Source: Myxococcales bacterium
Lineage (GTDB): Bacteria > Myxococcota_A > UBA9042
Length of the DNA stretch: 43,005 nucleotides
Assembly: GCA_037441385.1 (NCBI GenBank)
Contig: JBBISH010000044.1
Span: 1-43,005, forward strand
Direction of reading: 5' to 3'
In this document: positions 38,471 to 43,005 of the stretch, one piece after another
Layout of the letters: each line of letters starts with the position of its first letter
Position numbering within the stretch: the first letter of the stretch is position 1
Notes under the pieces: model-generated
What the model was told of the DNA's origin: nothing
The model's database searches: none
The model's input: the letters and a program-made list of their open reading frames with translations, nothing else
Program-made: the position numbers and the translations under genes

Positions 38471-39844
38471 CTACGACCGCACCCGGCCCAACAGGATTTC
38501 GTCGACCAGGGCGGCAGCGCCGGGGAAATCCGGTTGCGTCTCCAGGATCTCGTTCAGGTCTTGCAGGGCGCCGCCCGCGTCGTCCAGGAGCCGCCAGCGG
38601 CATTCCGCGTGAGCAAGAAGCGCGGGCAGCCAGGTAACTTGCGCGCGATAGAGGTCCAGCAGCGGCAGCGCCTCGTGCCAGCGCGCCAGCTTGGCCAGCA
38701 CCACGCCCAGCTCCCCTTTGACGCACAGGTCGTCGGGAGCCAGTTCGCTTGCCTTTTGCAGGAACGGGAGCGCCTTCTTGGGCTGATCCAGCGCCCGCAG
38801 CAGGCCACCCCGCAAAAGCAGCACGTCCAGTCCAGGTGGCTGTTCTTTGGCGCAGGCGCGCGTAGCGAATTCCAGGGCCTGGGCCAAGTCGCCCTGCGTC
38901 CATAGGATCTGCGCGCACTGCTGCAGGGGCCACGACGAATCGGGCACGCACAACGCCGCGCACTGCCAAGCCGCCAAAGCCCCCTGGGCATCGCCCAGTT
39001 CGCGAAGACACTCGGCCCGCACGCGGTGGGCACCGTAATCGCCCGGCTGGCCGGATTTGGCGCGGTGGGGCGGCGCCGCTCGCTTCAGCAGCTCGACCGC
39101 CTCTTGCAACGCCCCTTGCTTCTTCAAGATTTGCGCCAGGAACACCTTGGCCTCCATGGCAGCCGCGGGCGGAGCGTCGCGGTCAAGCAGCTCGACGCCG
39201 CGTTGAGCATCGCTCCGGGCTTCTGCAAGTTGCTCCAGAGCCAGATGCACCGCCGCGCGGTCGGTTCGGGCACGCCACGAGGTGGGCGCCAATTCCACCG
39301 CGTGATTCAGGTCCTGGAGTGCGCCCACATAGTCGTCGTGCTCGCGCATCCGCCTAAGACCGCGCAACTGCCAGGCCTCGGCGTGCTGGGGTGCCGCCTG
39401 CAGCACTCGGTCGAAGTCCGCCAAGTCCGCGGAGCGCGCCGCCTGGCGAGTGGCGTCGTCCACGTCGGCTCCCGCCGCCCACAGCGGCCGTCCGTTCGGC
39501 GCCCGCGGAGGGTTGGCAACGTAGCGTACGCGCAGCTCTTCCAGCAGGGCCCGCACCGCATACGGGGGACCGCCCGCGCGCCCGCACAGGTCGGCAGCCA
39601 CCTGAGCCCACACCGCGGCGTCGCCAGTCCGCCAGGCGCCGGCAAAGCACATTTCAAGGCCGGCAAAGTGCGCTGACACCCAAGCCTCTTGGGCCGCCGA
39701 GACGGCAAAGGACTCTGGCCCCCGCGGCACGATGGGGATGGTCAGCACCCCGCCCTCGCCCGAGGGCGATAGGGTGAATTCGAACGGAGCGTGGTGCGGC
39801 GGCAAGCCCGCGATGACCGGGATGCGAAGGGCAATGTCGGGCAT
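38471..39844 (-). CDS. Tetratricopeptide repeat protein
   Basis: Multiple TPR-like units (ALQDLNHAVELAP, ALPFLQKASELAP). Confidence 0.8.
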   Translation of the reverse strand: MPDIALRIPVIAGLPPHHAPFEFTLSPSGEGGVLTIPIVPRGPESFAVSAAQEAWVSAHFAGLEMCFAGAWRTGDAAVWAQVAADLCGRAGGPPYAVRALLEELRVRYVANPPRAPNGRPLWAAGADVDDATRQAARSADLADFDRVLQAAPQHAEAWQLRGLRRMREHDDYVGALQDLNHAVELAPTSWRARTDRAAVHLALEQLAEARSDAQRGVELLDRDAPPAAAMEAKVFLAQILKKQGALQEAVELLKRAAPPHRAKSGQPGDYGAHRVRAECLRELGDAQGALAAWQCAALCVPDSSWPLQQCAQILWTQGDLAQALEFATRACAKEQPPGLDVLLLRGGLLRALDQPKKALPFLQKASELAPDDLCVKGELGVVLAKLARWHEALPLLDLYRAQVTWLPALLAHAECRWRLLDDAGGALQDLNEILETQPDFPGAAALVDEILLGRVRS

Positions 39845-40199
39845 GGGGGCCTCGTGCCGCTGGCGGAACGCAGGACGCGGGTGCGTGCAGCAGGCCAGAC
39901 GATGGTAGCCGCAGCCGGCCGGCCCTGGAAACCCTGAACAGAAGTGGGAGCGCGCACAATCCTCCAACCGTCTTCTACTATCTGTAACGAAAGGGTTTCG
40001 CCACACCAACATGCCACCGACCCGGCAGTCGAAATTGCCCACCATCTTGCTTGGCGGAAAAGCGTTGACGACCGCCGCTTGGCAATCTAGCCTTGGCCGG
40101 GGTTTCGGCGACGATGGGGTACACACCAACGATTTTCTTTGAGGTGCGGGCCTTTTGCGGGCCTGCGGTGCGGCGGCATTGCGCCGTGGAGGGCTCGCG

Positions 40200-40709
40200 A
40201 TGAGCGGACAGGCAACCTTGGCGTCGGCGTTGGCCGCGCTGCCCGCCGTGCCTCCAAGCGCGCTGCTGGGCAGCTGGCGGGTGGCGACGACTACCTTCCC
40301 GATGTGGCACAAGGGCGATAAACGCGGCCCTAGCTTGAACTATTTGCCGGCGAGCGACCCCGAACAACTGCTCGACGTGGTGCGCTACCGCGACCGGCGC
40401 GACCGCGAGCACACCATCCGCGGCGTGGACCGCCGCAACCCCGGCCAGGGCGCGCACTACACCTGGCGCGGCGCGGGTTGGCTGTGGCCGTTTGTCAGTC
40501 AGTGGTATGTCGTGCACCTGGACGCCGCCGCCGGGGTGATGGGCATCTTCTTTACCCGCACCCTGTTTACGCCGGCGGGCATGGACATTGCGGTGCGGGG
40601 CGAGCCGAGCGCACAGCCCGATCCCGCCGCCCTTGCCGCGGCGCGGAACGCCCTGGCAGCATTGCCAGAAATCGGCCATCTGACGGAGCAACTCAAGGAG
40701 CCCGCATGA
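40200..40709 (+). CDS. Lipocalin-like hypothetical protein
   Basis: LLGSWRVATTTFPMW...YTWRGAGWL...SQWYVV...FTRTLFTPAGMDI; ATGA overlap with the next gene. Confidence 0.7.
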   Translation: MSGQATLASALAALPAVPPSALLGSWRVATTTFPMWHKGDKRGPSLNYLPASDPEQLLDVVRYRDRRDREHTIRGVDRRNPGQGAHYTWRGAGWLWPFVSQWYVVHLDAAAGVMGIFFTRTLFTPAGMDIAVRGEPSAQPDPAALAAARNALAALPEIGHLTEQLKEPA

Positions 40710-41515
40710 AGCCAGCTCCCTCCGATTCGGCCTCGTTGGCGGCTTCGACGCCGCCGGAGCGCCAGCCTGCGGAGTCTCGCTTTGCGCGCGATGGCGGCAG
40801 CCGCTGGAGCTGGTGGCTGCATGCCGTTTTCATCGTGCCCAAGTCGCAGGTGCACGTGCTGGATTTCCGATACCAGGTCTATGTTTTTGAGCTGTTCCAC
40901 AAGGTGTGGCCGAACCGGGTCTCGCACTACATCGGTATCCCGCTGCACCTGGGGGCGCTGTTCGTGTGGCTGGCGGCGCTGGCGGGGACGGGCGTGGCTT
41001 GGGCGGCGGCGGCGGTGTTGACGGCGCTGCACGTGACGATTGCGGTGCGGTCGCGGCTGCTGCCGCTGGCTGTGCTGGCGGCGGTGGTCGACCTGGGGCT
41101 GTGCGCGAGCGCGCTGACGTGGCTGGCCCCGCTGCTGCCGGTGGACGCGGCGCTATGGCAACATCCGCTCGTCTTTGTGCTGGGTTGGCCGAGTGTGCAG
41201 TTTGCGACCCACCTGCTGGAGCCGACGTTCCCGCCGCCCACCAGCGGCCGGTCGGGCTGGGCGAGTTTGCGCGAGTTGCTGCGCGACGCGGGGCCCACGC
41301 ACTTGGCCAAGATGGCGCTGTTGACGCCGGCGCACGCGGGGGTCGAGGTCGTGTCGAGCTACCGCAACCTGCTGGTGGCGCTGTCGATCTTGCTCAGGCG
41401 CTTGGGTGTGCGCCAGCCAGCTCTTGACCAGGCCCAGCCTTGGTTCGACGCGCAGTGTGCGGCCGCCGAGCCAGTGATGGACTACGACGCCTACCGCCAG
41501 GCCATGCCCGCCTGA
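40706..41515 (+). CDS. Membrane protein, Mpo1/DUF962-like
   Basis: FH..WPNRVSHYIGIP and QFATHLLE His motifs; several TM helices. Confidence 0.65.
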   Translation: MKPAPSDSASLAASTPPERQPAESRFARDGGSRWSWWLHAVFIVPKSQVHVLDFRYQVYVFELFHKVWPNRVSHYIGIPLHLGALFVWLAALAGTGVAWAAAAVLTALHVTIAVRSRLLPLAVLAAVVDLGLCASALTWLAPLLPVDAALWQHPLVFVLGWPSVQFATHLLEPTFPPPTSGRSGWASLRELLRDAGPTHLAKMALLTPAHAGVEVVSSYRNLLVALSILLRRLGVRQPALDQAQPWFDAQCAAAEPVMDYDAYRQAMPA

Positions 41516-41659
41516 CCCGAAGTGCCAGGCATTTTCTACCCTGCGCTTTCATTAGCTTTGTGGGGATGCTCCCGTGCGCGGGCCGTCGGTCGCGCCGCCT
41601 ATTGGCAGCCGGTGTTCGTACAGGTGCCTTACCGGATGCCGACAGCAGTCGCGGCTCGG

Positions 41660-41846
41660 CCCCCTCACCCGGCCGGCGTTGCCGTCCACCCTCTCCCGCC
41701 CAGGGGAGAGGGTTATTATTGATAAATCAATAGTTGCCCCTCTCCCCCTTAGCGGGAGAGGAGGGGTCCCCGCGGTGAGCGAAGCGAGCGAGTGGCGCCA
41801 GCGGCGCCGCGAGAGCGGGGCAGACGCGAAGCGTCGGGGTGAGGGC
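41660..41846. repeat. REP-like palindromic doublet
   Basis: CCCTCACCC...CCCTCTCCC..GGGAGAGGG, an AT-rich spacer, then an inverted partner ending GGGGTGAGGG. Confidence 0.7.
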
Positions 41847-41899
41847 TCATGCGCCCAACGGTATACAAATACTGAGTATTCTTGTCACTGTTGCTAACC

Positions 41900-42084
41900 G
41901 GAAAGGCAGGGTTCGCACAGGTGCCCTGATTGCCGTTGCTGGTGCGGGTGCTGGTGCTGGTGCGGGTGATGCATGGGGTGCCCGTGGCCTTGAACCCGCC
42001 GTAGACACAGGCGTAGTAACCCTGGAAGTGGCAGTAGTCGTTGGTGGTGCACGGGTTGCCGGCGTCGCAGGCGGTGCCCTTGCG
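41900..42084 (-). pseudogene. Remnant of a Cys-rich repeat protein
   Basis: Reverse strand reads KGTACDAGNPCTTNDYCHFQGYYACVYGGFKATGTPC; no start codon; begins right after a CTAG. Confidence 0.55.
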
Positions 42085-42238
42085 CTAGAAAATGCCCCCA
42101 ATTCTCCGGCGCCTGTTGTCAGCTAGCGGCGGCCGTGCTTTCGTAGCCAGGTCGGGCCGGCGGTCGCTCGCAGGATCGCACAAACCGCCCAGACAGAGGA
42201 GCACCATTAGGAGCCCAAAGGCCATCGTCGCCAGCTAC

Positions 42239-42880
42239 ATGGGCGTCGTGGTGCTGGCGATGGTCATCTTCCTGGCCGCCGGCCGGCTGCTGTTCTGGCA
42301 GGGTCTGCTGTACCTGGCCTTGGCGGTGCTGGGCACGACGCTGAGCCACCTGTTGGCGCCCTCGGCGGTGGAGACCGCGGAGCAGCGGGCCAAGGGCGCC
42401 GAGCAGGGCGAAGCGTGGGACAAGCGGCTGTTGCGGGTGTTCTTCTTGAACTCCACCGTGATGTTCGTGGTGGCCGGGCTGGACGCGGGCCGGTTTGGCT
42501 GGTCGGCGGCGATGCCGCTGGCCGTCACCATAGCGGGCGCGGCTGCGATGGTGGCGGGGCAACTGCTGTTTGCGCTGGCGCGGCGGCAAAACGCGTTCTC
42601 TTCCAGCACGGTGCATATTCAGCGCGAGCGGGACCATCGAGTGTGCGACACGGGCCTGTACCGCGTGGTCCGCCACCCCGGCTACTTGGGGATGTTGTTG
42701 TCGCTGCTGGCGTTTCCGTTCGTGCTGGGCTCGTACTGGTCGCTGCTGCCGGCAGGCGTGAACGCGGCGGTGCTGGTGCTGCGGACGATGCTGGAAGACC
42801 GCTACCTCACCGCGAATTTGCCAGGCTACGCCGAGTACACCCGGCGCACGCGCTGGCGCCTGCTTCCGGTGGTCTTCTAG
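42239..42880 (+). CDS. Isoprenylcysteine carboxyl methyltransferase (ICMT/PEMT) family membrane protein
   Basis: HRVCDTGLYRVVRHPGYLG, EDRYL...GYAEY...WRLLP. Confidence 0.9.
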   Translation: MGVVVLAMVIFLAAGRLLFWQGLLYLALAVLGTTLSHLLAPSAVETAEQRAKGAEQGEAWDKRLLRVFFLNSTVMFVVAGLDAGRFGWSAAMPLAVTIAGAAAMVAGQLLFALARRQNAFSSSTVHIQRERDHRVCDTGLYRVVRHPGYLGMLLSLLAFPFVLGSYWSLLPAGVNAAVLVLRTMLEDRYLTANLPGYAEYTRRTRWRLLPVVF

Positions 42881-42937
42881 TACTACAAACCCGAAGTTCG
42901 TTCAGGTATGGGCCTTTCGAATGGTTTGTAGTGCTAG
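42877..42937 (+). mobile_element. Mini-MITE family A
   Basis: TIR CTAGTACTACAAACC / GGTTTGTAGTGCTAG (14/15); starts in the TAG stop of the ICMT gene. Confidence 0.8.
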
Positions 42938-43005
42938 CCTTTTCAGCAAGTGGAGGGGGCGCGCCGCGCACTCTTGGACCCCCGTCCCCTGCGACCCCCG
43001 CGTGC
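42934..43005 (+). repeat. Intergenic repeat R, internally deleted copy running off the window
   Basis: CTAGCCTTTTCA joined almost directly to GGGGGCGCGCCGCGCACTC...CCCCCGCGTGC, as at 24181-24230. Confidence 0.75.

Noticed and set aside
1..43005. rRNA, tRNA, transposase or integrase genes
   Set aside because: None recognised on either strand by inspection.

Overview
High-GC bacterial DNA. The gene content (Cys-rich repeat lipoproteins, CHAT-TPR protease, eukaryote-like kinases, multiheme cytochrome) suggests a myxobacterial or deltaproteobacterial origin, which is inference only. The first ~9 kb is an accessory, cassette-like array downstream of an intact SCP2-type thiolase. It contains two diverged fragments of that thiolase, DUF4160/DUF2442 toxin-antitoxin-type genes (four DUF2442, three DUF4160 copies or remnants), an AAA ATPase + RloB pair and two orphan genes. 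These are punctuated by three copies of a ~180-bp multi-stem structured repeat. No integrase or transposase is visible. The rest of the window holds mostly intact genes: VOC protein, a degenerate methyltransferase-like protein, CHAT-TPR protease, Cys-rich lipoproteins, Ser/Thr kinase, PD-(D/E)XK nuclease, a second thiolase-like protein, pentaheme cytochrome, B12 radical SAM, alpha/beta-hydrolase lipoprotein, two beta-barrels, TPR, lipocalin-like, Mpo1-like and ICMT-like proteins. The intergenic regions carry at least three families of small non-autonomous elements that stack at CTAG sites, often at TAG stop codons. All family calls come from motif recognition by eye; no searches were run.
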